From Nitrospinota bacterium (GTDB lineage Bacteria > Nitrospinota > Nitrospinia > Nitrospinales > VA-1): a stretch of DNA of 46,130 nucleotides. Positions 37,602-46,130 of this stretch are shown one piece after another. The stretch's first letter is position 1; the number at the start of each line of letters is the position of its first letter. Location: NCBI GenBank assembly GCA_038108555.1, contig JAYNIA010000015.1, positions 1 to 46,130 of the forward strand, written 5' to 3'. The notes beneath the pieces were generated by a model. It saw only the letters and a program-made list of their open reading frames with translations, was not told where the DNA came from and searched no databases. Position numbers and translations under genes: made by a program.

Positions 37602-38210
37602 ATGAAAAAGATCAAGACAAAGAAAAAAGAAGTGTTTTGGTTATTTTCGTTTTTCTGCTCCTTCCTAATATCTTGCTCCATTGCGAAAGCCAATGAAGTA
37701 AAATTTTTCGGCAGGATGGATTGTGGGGTTTTCTATAAATTCAATGATAAATGTTCGTTTGAGCAGGAAATTAATGAAAACGATTTAAAATCGCTCTTTG
37801 GATACAACGAAGTTCATTTCAAAAATGGAAAACTAAACCATGTAATTCGCATTGACAAGCTTATAGGAGGGACACCAACTGTTGCAGAAAAGTTAAAATT
37901 TGACTCGAAAGGACGTATCTCTCAGCATGAAACATTTTCTCGAAGTCCTTCTCTAAGAAAATATTGGAATTGTAAGTATAGCTATGGAAAACAGTTAATA
38001 GAAAGCTGGTGCTATGATAAAAATGGAAGATTTGTGAGAAGAGATTTAAAAGAGGAGGGGTCAAAGGAGGGGTCAAGTCCACTCTTGACTATAGCCCCCA
38101 GCACTGATGCTAGGTTTATTAAATGTATAAGACGGTATCACCCTTCTGTGCGTCATCGCGAGCTCCTGGAAGGAGCGTGGCGATCCAGTTTCAAAAACTT
38201 TTGGTTTTAA
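37602..38210 (+). CDS. AT-rich exported hypothetical protein; 3' end runs into repeat elements
   Basis: Signal-like FWLFSFFCSFLISCSIAKA. Codons after about 38050 coincide with the repeats and may not be native. Confidence 0.5.
   Translation: MKKIKTKKKEVFWLFSFFCSFLISCSIAKANEVKFFGRMDCGVFYKFNDKCSFEQEINENDLKSLFGYNEVHFKNGKLNHVIRIDKLIGGTPTVAEKLKFDSKGRISQHETFSRSPSLRKYWNCKYSYGKQLIESWCYDKNGRFVRRDLKEEGSKEGSSPLLTIAPSTDARFIKCIRRYHPSVRHRELLEGAWRSSFKNFWF
38053..38089. repeat. Tandem AGGAGGGGTCAA x2 followed by GTCAAG-N6-CTTGAC hairpin (REP-like)
   Basis: Read directly. Confidence 0.65.
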
Positions 38211-38325
38211 TTTGAGGTTTTTCTAGAAAGAGGTAGCTTTTTATTTGTTCTGGATTTACCCTTTCAGGGCACGAACAATAAGGAAGAATACTACGGCCAC
38301 GTCGCATCCTGCTCCTCGCAATGAC
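38152..38325. repeat. Bipartite palindromic element GTCATCGCGAG...CGTGGCGATC - spacer - GCCACG...CTCGCAATGAC (REPIN/RPE-like)
   Basis: Terminal inverted repeats GTCATCGCGAG / CTCGCAATGAC, inner CGTGGC / GCCACG, and an internal GCTCCT / AGGAGC hairpin. Confidence 0.75.
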
Positions 38326-38347
38326 ACATCCCCTATTGCCGCTCCCG

Positions 38348-39058
38348 CTAGGGAGAGCAGATGAGGTCGTAGACTTTCTGGTAGTTTTCTTTAACATTTC
38401 CAAGGTCGAAGCGGAATCGGTCTTTATCCATTTTTTCGTTGGTATCCCAGTCCCAAAGGCGGCATCCATCCGGACTGATTTCATCACCCAGAAGCACCTC
38501 TCCCTTATGGCGTCCGAACTCCAGTTTGAAATCGACCAGACGTATTTTTCGTTCCTTAAAAAACTCGAACATGAGTTTATTGATTTTGAGTCCTTCCGAC
38601 TTCAAAATCTCAATCTCTTCTTTGGTCGCCCAACCAAAGACATCAACATGGCATTCATTGATCATGGGGTCTCCCAAAGGATCACTCTTGTAAAAGAACT
38701 CAAGGATGGGTTTATCTTTAAACTCCCGCCCCTCTTCAATGCCAAGACGTTTGCACAATCCGCCGGCGGCCACATTCCGGATCACCACTTCGACTGGAAT
38801 GATCTCTATTTTCTTTACCAGCATTTCCCGGTCGTTTAGAGATTCTACAAAATGGGTTTTGACTCCATTCTTTTCCAGGTACTCAAAAATACGGCTGGAC
38901 ATATGGTTGTTCATGACCCCCTTATCAACGATGGTGCCTTTTTTAACACCGTTGAAGGCAGAAGCATCGTCTTTAAAGTACTGGATCAATAAATCCGGGT
39001 CGGCTGTTTTATGTAAAATTTTTGCTTTACCCTCGTAAAGCTTTTCTAACTTTTCCAC
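38348..39058 (-). CDS. purC: SAICAR synthetase
   Basis: LYEGKAK, IPVEVVIRN.AAG, LVDFKLEFG, DEISPDGCRLWD, DKDRFR. Confidence 0.97.
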   Translation of the reverse strand: MEKLEKLYEGKAKILHKTADPDLLIQYFKDDASAFNGVKKGTIVDKGVMNNHMSSRIFEYLEKNGVKTHFVESLNDREMLVKKIEIIPVEVVIRNVAAGGLCKRLGIEEGREFKDKPILEFFYKSDPLGDPMINECHVDVFGWATKEEIEILKSEGLKINKLMFEFFKERKIRLVDFKLEFGRHKGEVLLGDEISPDGCRLWDWDTNEKMDKDRFRFDLGNVKENYQKVYDLICSP

Positions 39059-39068
39059 GGTGGTCTCT

Positions 39069-40364
39069 TTATTTTTTAAATATCCGTTTAAAAATGATGT
39101 CTATATTTTTGAATTGAGCTTTCAGATTAAAAATCTTATCAATCTCCTTCTCGCTCAATAGTTCCGTAATCTTTTTATCCTTTTTAAGCAACGTTAAAAA
39201 GTTTTTACCCTTGGTCCAGGATTGCATCGCATTTTTCTGGACCCGCCGGTAGGCATCTTCGCGCGTGATCCCTTTATCCACCAGCGCCAGTAGAACACTT
39301 TGGGAAAAAATCAGGCCTTCGGTTTTTTCCAGATTGCGCATCATATTTTCTGGATAAACGATCAACCGTTCCATCATGCTCGTCATTTTTCTTAACATAT
39401 AATGAATGAGAATGGTACTGTCTGGCCCGATTACCCGCTCGACCGACGAATGGCTGATATCCCTCTCATGCCATAGAGGCATGTTTTCTAAAGCCGCAAA
39501 AGCATTTGACCGGACGATGCGCGCAAGCCCGCACATTTGTTCGGACACCACGGGGTTTCTTTTATGCGGCATGGCCGAGGACCCTTTTTGTCCACTTGAG
39601 AAAAATTCTTCTGCTTCAAGAACTTCCGTTCTTTGCAAATGGCGGATTTCTGTAGCTATTTTATCTATCGTTCCGGCCACAATCGCCAAAGTAGTAAAAA
39701 ATTCCGCGTGTCGATCCCGTTGAATGATTTGTGTCGAAACCGGTGCCGGTTTTAGTCCCAGTTTTTTACATACATATTCTTCCACTTCCGGGTGGATGCA
39801 TGCAAAAGTTCCAACCGCTCCTGAAATCTGGCCGTAGGAAATGGATTGCTTGGCGCGTTTGACTCTTTCAATATTTCGTCCCACCTCTTCATACCAGTTG
39901 GCGACCTTCAGTCCAAATGTCAAAGGTTCCGCATGGATTCCGTGAGAACGTCCCATGGTGGGAGTCATTTTATGTTTCAGGGCCTGTGTTTTCAGCGCTT
40001 CATGAAACGCTTTTAATTCCTTCAAAATAAGAGTGGAAGCCTGTTTTAACTGCACGGCAAAAGCAGTATCCAGCACATCGGAGGAGGTCATTCCCAGGTG
40101 CATGTAGCGGGCCGATTCCCCCACATGTTCCGCAACGCAGGTTAAAAAGGCGATGACATCGTGCTTGACCTCTTTTTCAATTTCGTCGATACGTTCGACC
40201 TTGAAATCGGATTTTTGCTGAATATCTTTCAAGGCCGATTTGGGGATTTCCCCACGTTTGGCCAACGCTTCGCAAGCGAGAATTTCAACTTTCAGCCAGA
40301 TTTCAAATTTGTTTTGCGGCTCCCAAATTGAAGCCATTTCGGGAAGGGTGTAACGTGGAATCAA
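39069..40364 (-). CDS. purB: Adenylosuccinate lyase
   Basis: MIPRY (TTG start), KHDV.AF, H.GMTSSD, GRSHGIHAEP, GSSAMPHKRNP, WHERDISHSSVER. Confidence 0.97.
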   Translation of the reverse strand: MIPRYTLPEMASIWEPQNKFEIWLKVEILACEALAKRGEIPKSALKDIQQKSDFKVERIDEIEKEVKHDVIAFLTCVAEHVGESARYMHLGMTSSDVLDTAFAVQLKQASTLILKELKAFHEALKTQALKHKMTPTMGRSHGIHAEPLTFGLKVANWYEEVGRNIERVKRAKQSISYGQISGAVGTFACIHPEVEEYVCKKLGLKPAPVSTQIIQRDRHAEFFTTLAIVAGTIDKIATEIRHLQRTEVLEAEEFFSSGQKGSSAMPHKRNPVVSEQMCGLARIVRSNAFAALENMPLWHERDISHSSVERVIGPDSTILIHYMLRKMTSMMERLIVYPENMMRNLEKTEGLIFSQSVLLALVDKGITREDAYRRVQKNAMQSWTKGKNFLTLLKKDKKITELLSEKEIDKIFNLKAQFKNIDIIFKRIFKK

Positions 40365-40474
40365 AATAAAATACCTTTAAATAGTGAAAGATTGAGATAA
40401 TACGAAAGGAAAATTTACTAATTATGATATAAATTCCCGCATATATTAAACGCAATTTTCGGGTAAATCAATAA

Positions 40475-40963
40475 ATGAACAAAACATTGAACGTTTGCTT
40501 TGTATGTCATGGAAATATATGCCGTTCCCCGCTGGCTCAGGGAGTCATGGAAGCCCTGGTCAAACAGGAAGGCCTTGAAAATGTTATTATCATCAGCTCT
40601 GCCGGAGTCAGCGGATGGCATGTGGGTGAATCACCCGACGACCGAATGCAGGAAACAGCCAGAAAAAATGGCATATCCCTCAATAGCCGAGCACGCCATT
40701 TCCAGGAGCACGACTTTAAAGAGATGGATCTGGTTTTGGCGATGGATCATAGCAACCTCTCCAAACTGAGGGCGATGCGCCCACAAGAAGAAACAAAGGA
40801 CAAATTATTTCTATTCCGGCATTTTGATCCGGACCATAAGGGAAATCTGGAAGTGCCCGATCCTTATTACGGAGACGGGAAAGGATTTGACCGGGTTTTT
40901 GAAATGGTGGATAGAACCTGTCCAAAAATTCTGGAGCATTTAAAAACCATGCTCCCCTCATGA
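40475..40963 (+). CDS. Low-molecular-weight protein-tyrosine phosphatase
   Basis: VCHGNICRSP P-loop; VPDPYYG. Confidence 0.95.
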   Translation: MNKTLNVCFVCHGNICRSPLAQGVMEALVKQEGLENVIIISSAGVSGWHVGESPDDRMQETARKNGISLNSRARHFQEHDFKEMDLVLAMDHSNLSKLRAMRPQEETKDKLFLFRHFDPDHKGNLEVPDPYYGDGKGFDRVFEMVDRTCPKILEHLKTMLPS

Positions 40964-41832
40964 AAGATGAAATAAACCAGTTACTGGAACCGCTGTTGGG
41001 AGCCACGGTAAAATCCTCTTTCTCCACAGGGGGTGGATGTATCAATCAAACCCAGGTCCTGGAACTCACCAATGGGGAAAAGGTTTTCATGAAGCAAAAC
41101 TCGAATCCCCCGAACGATTTTTTTTTAGCAGAAGTAAAGGGGCTTCGCCTTCTGGCACAGGCTGAAAACGGGCCACGCATTCCCAAACCCATTGCCCTTC
41201 AGTCAGGCTCCAGACCTACTTTCCTAATCATGGAGTACCTGGAAAATAGTGGCGGAGGAAGTGATTTTCCAGATCGGCTCGCTCTCTCCCTGGCAAACCT
41301 GCACCGCACCAGCCAGGAGCATTTCGGGTTGAACCACGACAACTACATTGGCAGCACCCCCCAGCAAAACAATCTTGAAAAAGACGGGATCCTTTTCTTT
41401 CGCGATCATCGCATCAAGTTTCAAAGGCAACTCGCTCGACAGGCCGGCCTGCTTCCTGCTTCTACCGATAAAAAACTCGGTGAGCTTTGCGACAACTTAA
41501 ATAAGTTTTTAAATATAAGCGGAGAAAAACCTGCCCTCATGCATGGGGATCTTTGGTCTGGAAATTATTTTTCAGACTCCAATGGTAATCCCTGCATATT
41601 TGATCCCGCTGTCTATTTTGGATTGCGGGAAGCAGACATAGCCATGACCGAACTGTTTGGAAGGCTGCCGCAAAGGTTTTACGATGCCTATAACGAAGCT
41701 TTTCCCATGAACCCGGGGTACCAGGAACGAAAGGACTTGTACAATTTATACCACTTGTTAAATCACCTGAACCTGTTCGGAGGTTCTTATTTGTCTTCGG
41801 TGCAGCAGATTTTAAAACGCTATATAGATTAG
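40960..41832 (+). CDS. Fructosamine kinase family protein
   Basis: GGGCIN, DNYIGSTPQ.N, HGDLWSGN, FDPA.Y.G.RE.D.AM, LYHLLNHLNLFG; ATGA overlap with the upstream gene. Confidence 0.93.
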   Translation: MKDEINQLLEPLLGATVKSSFSTGGGCINQTQVLELTNGEKVFMKQNSNPPNDFFLAEVKGLRLLAQAENGPRIPKPIALQSGSRPTFLIMEYLENSGGGSDFPDRLALSLANLHRTSQEHFGLNHDNYIGSTPQQNNLEKDGILFFRDHRIKFQRQLARQAGLLPASTDKKLGELCDNLNKFLNISGEKPALMHGDLWSGNYFSDSNGNPCIFDPAVYFGLREADIAMTELFGRLPQRFYDAYNEAFPMNPGYQERKDLYNLYHLLNHLNLFGGSYLSSVQQILKRYID

Positions 41833-41938
41833 ATGAGGAAGGAATCTGAGTTGAGAGAAGGAAGATAAATCTTGGAAAAAAGCTGACAGACCTTTTCAAT
41901 TCTTCGGGCTTGGGTCATTTCCCTGCGGCGGTTCGCCG

Positions 41939-42700
41939 CTAGAAGCCACCGCCGATTTTGGCGATGAAGGTGTTCAGTTCTCTTTCCACATTGCCGTCCC
42001 AGTTTTTCTTTTCTTCAGACAATGTGGTTAGAACAGATTTGCCTTCGCTGATTTCAAGAGCATCTGCAATACTCACCAGAATGCGGGTACCATACCTTTC
42101 AACCAGCTCATGTTCTTCAGCGGCACGAAACGCCATCTTGGAGCCCAGTATCATAGCCCAGGCCTGAATGACAGCGACTTGAGTGGATTCTCTAAACCGG
42201 AGGTTTTCCAGTTCATCCATATACGTTTCCGCATCAATTTCACCGGACTCGAATTTCTCAATCAAATCCTGCAGGCTTTCTTCTTTGGACTCTACCTTCT
42301 GGAAAACATATTCAAAGAACTTACCTTCAAATTTTTTAAGCTCGGTCATGTTCCAGGGACACCTGAAATCCGTTTCCAAATTGGCCGCTGATTTTCTGGC
42401 CTCCCTTTCAATTTTATAAAGACAATCGGGACACCTTTTTCCAGCATCGTGGTCGAACTCACTGCCACAATAGCAGGCGGCTAAAACCGTTTGGAAAGCG
42501 AGAGCCAGGGCTTCTCCCTTTAAGTTCAGCACTTTTCGGAGGGCGACTCTTACCGGGTTGGCTCGAGAAACGCTCAGGTTGTTGGAACAACTGGTGCAAT
42601 AAATAGAATAGCTTGTTTTATCCTCTTCCGGTTCTATAACCGGCTCAAACGTTTCGGGACATAGAACGCATTGAATTTCTTTTTGAAAAGTGTCTGCCAT
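41939..42700 (-). CDS. Hypothetical protein with four Cys pairs (probable Zn-binding) and acidic helical C-terminus
   Basis: CVLC, CTSC, CYC, CPDC. Confidence 0.7.
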   Translation of the reverse strand: MADTFQKEIQCVLCPETFEPVIEPEEDKTSYSIYCTSCSNNLSVSRANPVRVALRKVLNLKGEALALAFQTVLAACYCGSEFDHDAGKRCPDCLYKIEREARKSAANLETDFRCPWNMTELKKFEGKFFEYVFQKVESKEESLQDLIEKFESGEIDAETYMDELENLRFRESTQVAVIQAWAMILGSKMAFRAAEEHELVERYGTRILVSIADALEISEGKSVLTTLSEEKKNWDGNVERELNTFIAKIGGGF

Positions 42701-42800
42701 AAAAGGTCTCAAAAAATTTAGGGTAAACTCCCTTACGTTTAAATTAGATGAAATATTTTAAAACAGGTTCCAAAAAACCAGCCTCTGGGATTTTAATGGC

Positions 42801-42830
42801 AAAAAAAAACCCATGGCTGGAAGCCATGGG
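42801..42830 (-). terminator. Rho-independent terminator of the oxidoreductase operon
   Basis: CCCATGGCT / AGCCATGGG with an A9 tract on its left side. Confidence 0.85.
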
Positions 42831-42853
42831 CTAAAACTTGTTTTCAAGGCAAA

Positions 42854-43135
42854 CTAGCCGGAATATGCCTGGCCTAGATCCGCAGTTTCTGATTCCTTGC
42901 CTCCTTTAATAACCTTACCCGTGGTCGGGTCTACCGGAAACATGGTAATGGCATTATGTGTACTGCAAACCACTTTGCATAAATCGCAGCCTTTACACCG
43001 AGGTTCGTAAACCAGGGCTTTATTCGTAGACTCATCAAGCTTAATACAGTCCGATTCAGGGCAATACATGATGCACAGTCGGCAACCTTTTTCAGCTATA
43101 CATTTTTCATTATCAACCCACGCTATGTTATACAC
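42854..43135 (-). CDS. forE: Ferredoxin-like epsilon subunit of five-subunit 2-oxoacid:ferredoxin oxidoreductase
   Basis: C....GCRLCIMYCP and CKGCDLC..VC; GTG start with AGGAGAG RBS. For versus Por is inferred from the A-B-G-E gene order. Confidence 0.75.
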   Translation of the reverse strand: MYNIAWVDNEKCIAEKGCRLCIMYCPESDCIKLDESTNKALVYEPRCKGCDLCKVVCSTHNAITMFPVDPTTGKVIKGGKESETADLGQAYSG

Positions 43136-43191
43136 TCGAAAACTCTCCTAAATTAATAAAGGTTACACATAACCGACAACTTGCATCCCAT

Positions 43192-43875
43192 CTAAACCGT
43201 TACCAAGTTCAAATCCTGCTTTTCTGCCCACTCGGAGGCCATTTTGTAGGACTCGGTGATACACTCCAAGTTGGCCTTAAGCAACATTTCTTTCTTGGCA
43301 TATTTCTTTTTAATCGCTTCGTCAAGTGTAGCCGTACCCCCTGAAGCGACATATCTTTTACCAAAGCGATCCTGCAACGCGCCATCCAAAGCTTCCAGGC
43401 TGACCACCTTTGTCACTCCGGCACAGGCACCAATCATAGCCATGTTGGTGGAAAGCTCGGTCTTCCCGATTTCCAGAGCCAGTTTGGTGGCATCATGGTT
43501 GAGAACGGCAACATTTAGATTTTCAAGGCGCTTGTGGTCTTCTTCGGAAAGAAGGTCATCACTGGTGTTGATAATGATCATTCCGTTTTCCTTGATCCCC
43601 GAGTAAAACGGAGCCGTATAGCTTTTCTGCATGGTAATTACCTGGGGGTGGAACACCATAATTACGTCCGGGTAAACCAATTCACCCCGGTCATAAATCC
43701 GTTCCGTCCCGATTCGGGCATAGCTTTCTGCAGGAGCCATTCTCTTTTCAGCACCAAAAAAAGGATTCGAGATAGAATATTTGCCATCCTTATTCGCTGC
43801 CATCGCTAAGAGATGCGCTGCTGTTACCGCTCCTTGACCTCCCAATCCTGAAATTCGGATATTCATCCTGCTCAT
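43192..43875 (-). CDS. forG: 2-oxoacid:ferredoxin oxidoreductase gamma subunit
   Basis: IRISGLGGQGAVT, FFGAEKRMAP, NMAMIGA. Confidence 0.85.
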   Translation of the reverse strand: MSRMNIRISGLGGQGAVTAAHLLAMAANKDGKYSISNPFFGAEKRMAPAESYARIGTERIYDRGELVYPDVIMVFHPQVITMQKSYTAPFYSGIKENGMIIINTSDDLLSEEDHKRLENLNVAVLNHDATKLALEIGKTELSTNMAMIGACAGVTKVVSLEALDGALQDRFGKRYVASGGTATLDEAIKKKYAKKEMLLKANLECITESYKMASEWAEKQDLNLVTV

Positions 43876-43894
43876 AGTTTTCTACTCCTATTTC

Positions 43895-44800
43895 TTAAGC
43901 TTTAACCGGCTTGTTTGCTTTGGCCGCTTTTTTTCTAGCTTTGGTTTCTTCTTTAATAGAATCGAGAAGTTTCTGGGCTTCCTCGGTGATGTACTCTTTT
44001 TGAACGAAGCGGCCCCCAATGGACTCTGACTCTTTCATTTCATCCAGACCTTCCATGCTCTGCTTACCGATCTCAAGAATACATGGAGTATAAAGTTGGA
44101 CGAAGGTCGGACCCACTTCACGGGCGACATAAATGGCGTTTTTGATCGCCTGCTCAACCCGATTGGGCTTACTAACTGTCAGCAGGGCGACATACGCGCA
44201 ACCCGCTTCGCGGGCAATTTCCGGCAGTCGGACTTTTTCAAAGTTCTTGCCTTTAGGAGCCATTTTGGCAACAAAACCTTTTTGCATCAAACCACTTTCC
44301 TGGCCACCGGTATTTGCATAAAGCTCATTGTCAAAACAAATGGTGGTAAATTTTTCCTGACGGAACCAGGACTGCATGGTCATATCCAGACCAATATCAA
44401 CTGTAGCCCCGTCACCTGCCAGAACGACAACATCCTTTTCAACATCAGGAAAGCGGCTTTTCAAGGTCCGTTTCAATCCTGAAGCAATGGCATTTTGATT
44501 GCCAAACAGAGAATGGATGTTATGCACCGCAACATGCGGGAACACCAGACTGGTACAACCGGTGGATCCCACGAAAACAGTATCTTCCGGGGCTGGCAGG
44601 CTTGCCAGGATATAACGGAAAGCGATAGACTCGGGACAGCCGGCACACAAAGAATGCTGTTCAATCAATTCTTTAGAAGAGCCAATGTCTTTCCAGCCGC
44701 GGTCTTGATTACCGAAGGTGGCCTCCTCAACCAGCTCCTGATATTCCGGCGGCATGATATCAGCCAGGTCTTCACATAAAACGATCTTTTCCTTACTCAT
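43895..44800 (-). CDS. forB: 2-oxoacid:ferredoxin oxidoreductase beta subunit (ThDP, [4Fe-4S])
   Basis: LCAGCPE, STGC, AGDGATVDIG, DNELYANTGGQ, YTPC. Confidence 0.88.
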   Translation of the reverse strand: MSKEKIVLCEDLADIMPPEYQELVEEATFGNQDRGWKDIGSSKELIEQHSLCAGCPESIAFRYILASLPAPEDTVFVGSTGCTSLVFPHVAVHNIHSLFGNQNAIASGLKRTLKSRFPDVEKDVVVLAGDGATVDIGLDMTMQSWFRQEKFTTICFDNELYANTGGQESGLMQKGFVAKMAPKGKNFEKVRLPEIAREAGCAYVALLTVSKPNRVEQAIKNAIYVAREVGPTFVQLYTPCILEIGKQSMEGLDEMKESESIGGRFVQKEYITEEAQKLLDSIKEETKARKKAAKANKPVKA

Positions 44801-44861
44801 AAAAATCCCCTTTAATTTTAATTCCCCTGCGGGAAAGATAACTCAGTAAATTTTTCTCAAT

Positions 44862-46106
44862 TTAACCGAGGCTCACTGCAGCAGCGGTTTCCATTCCCAA
44901 GTGTTTTTTAATTTCTTCAACAATCACTTCGGAAGGCATGGTCATACCGCCTGCAACATGCGGCCCGGCATAAACTCTTTCATTATCTGGAATGGTGGCT
45001 TTAATTTCACGGGCAAGCCATCCAGCAACATTAAACTCAGGAACAAAAATATGTTTCGCATTTTTGGTCGCTTGCCGTACTTCTTCATACGGGAAGGGAC
45101 GAATGGTTTTGATTTTAACCAAACCAACCTTAATTCCCTCTTCATCCAACAGGCGAATCGCTTCACGACTCTGGGAAACAGCCGTTCCAGAGCTGACAAT
45201 AAGAATTTCCCGGTCTGTATCATGCTCATCAATCAACCCACCCAGCAATGCGATGGTATGTTTTCTGGAGCGCTCAACCGCAGCTTTGATTTCCTGCTGC
45301 CAGGAAGCGTGAGTTGCGTAACTGATGTAGTTTGATTTCATAACAAACGGATCACGCATCATGCGTATCGGTGCCGTTTCCATATCCATAACAGGTTGTG
45401 GATTTTGATAGGGATCGTAAGGAGTCAGACAAATATCATCCGGGGGAAGTTCAACCGTATCTTTGGTATGAGTCACAAAGAATCCATCACAACAAGTTGC
45501 GAGTGGTACGTGAACATCCGGTTGCTCCGCAACAATGAATCCCTTCAAGATAAAATCAAACAAGTCTTGAGCTGTCTCTGCGTGCCAAACCAGCATACCG
45601 GTTTCCAGGAGATAATGCATTTCCAAAGTATCCGGCTGAATACTTAGAGGAGAGTTGATTCCCCGACAAGTCACACAAACCTGAATCGGCAATCGAGATC
45701 CTGCCCACATTGGGAAGTTTTCCATAGCTCTCAAGGTTCCCGGTCCGGCTGTGGTGGTAAAGACACGGTGGCCACCGAATGCGGCTCCAGCACATTGCCC
45801 CATAACCGCAAATTCACTTTCGCCACGGAAATATTCATCCAAATAACCTTCAGCATAGAGCTCGCCGATCAAAGCCGCCGCTTCACTCTGAGGGGTGATG
45901 GGATAAGCCACCGAAGTTCCAACACTTGCAATCTTGATGGCTGCACGAATCACTTCACTTCCGGTCAGAAAGCTTGGCGTTTGTTTTGCTTTATAAAATA
46001 TATCGTTGACATCTGTATAGGTTTGACCTTTTGCGTTTTTTTGCCCCAGCTTCACATGTTTCGAAGCTATGACTCTTCTATCTTTAAGTTCTACTTGTTT
46101 ATTCAT
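44862..46106 (-). CDS. forA: 2-oxoacid:ferredoxin oxidoreductase alpha subunit (probably 2-oxoglutarate, For type)
   Basis: AYPITPQSE, GESEF, TTTAGPG, DGFFVTH, IRPFP. A delta subunit would be expected upstream, outside the window. Confidence 0.88.
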   Translation of the reverse strand: MNKQVELKDRRVIASKHVKLGQKNAKGQTYTDVNDIFYKAKQTPSFLTGSEVIRAAIKIASVGTSVAYPITPQSEAAALIGELYAEGYLDEYFRGESEFAVMGQCAGAAFGGHRVFTTTAGPGTLRAMENFPMWAGSRLPIQVCVTCRGINSPLSIQPDTLEMHYLLETGMLVWHAETAQDLFDFILKGFIVAEQPDVHVPLATCCDGFFVTHTKDTVELPPDDICLTPYDPYQNPQPVMDMETAPIRMMRDPFVMKSNYISYATHASWQQEIKAAVERSRKHTIALLGGLIDEHDTDREILIVSSGTAVSQSREAIRLLDEEGIKVGLVKIKTIRPFPYEEVRQATKNAKHIFVPEFNVAGWLAREIKATIPDNERVYAGPHVAGGMTMPSEVIVEEIKKHLGMETAAAVSLG

Positions 46107-46130
46107 AAAATTTACTCCCGTAAAAAGAGT

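Noticed and set aside
23097..45795. Long antisense or alternate-frame ORFs in the track (e.g. 23097-23708, 32133-32756, 34901-35488, 36542-36889, 38321-38839, 44901-45335)
   Set aside because: They are shadows of well-supported genes on the opposite strand or frame, with no motifs or RBS.

Overview
Bacterial chromosomal segment, most likely Nitrospinota/Nitrospina-like. This is an inference from the five-subunit 2-oxoacid:ferredoxin oxidoreductase of the rTCA type, Cu-nitrite reductase, a double DUF3365 cytochrome and many REC/PAS/sigma54 signalling genes. Three zones. (1) 1-4.95 kb is AT-rich and looks like the right end of an island integrated in tRNA-Pro(TGG): only the tRNA 3' half is present, preceded by att-arm-like repeats. 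It carries gdhA, a Tat-exported PHP protein, a 2OG-Fe(II) oxygenase and a small ORF, with twin sigma54 promoters. (2) 5.3-22.4 kb is a signalling/redox-gas sensing zone: 4-PAS kinase + REC-LuxR, a soluble chemoreceptor with three Aer2-like PAS domains and a C-terminal truncated globin, DUF3445, HD-GYP, an Arg-rich repeat protein and Rrf2-nirK. All six visible gene lesions in the window (3 frameshifts, 3 nonsense codons, including nirK) fall in this zone. (3) 22.6-46.1 kb is intact metabolic/housekeeping DNA: ThDP enzyme + ALDH, a sigma54 VOC-pirin-DoxX-nitroreductase operon, aroF, a GlnD-like protein with an altered transferase site, orn, purCB and forABGE. Several unannotated small ORFs, candidate structured RNAs and REP-like palindromes were read directly from the sequence. 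All family assignments come from motif recognition, not database searches.
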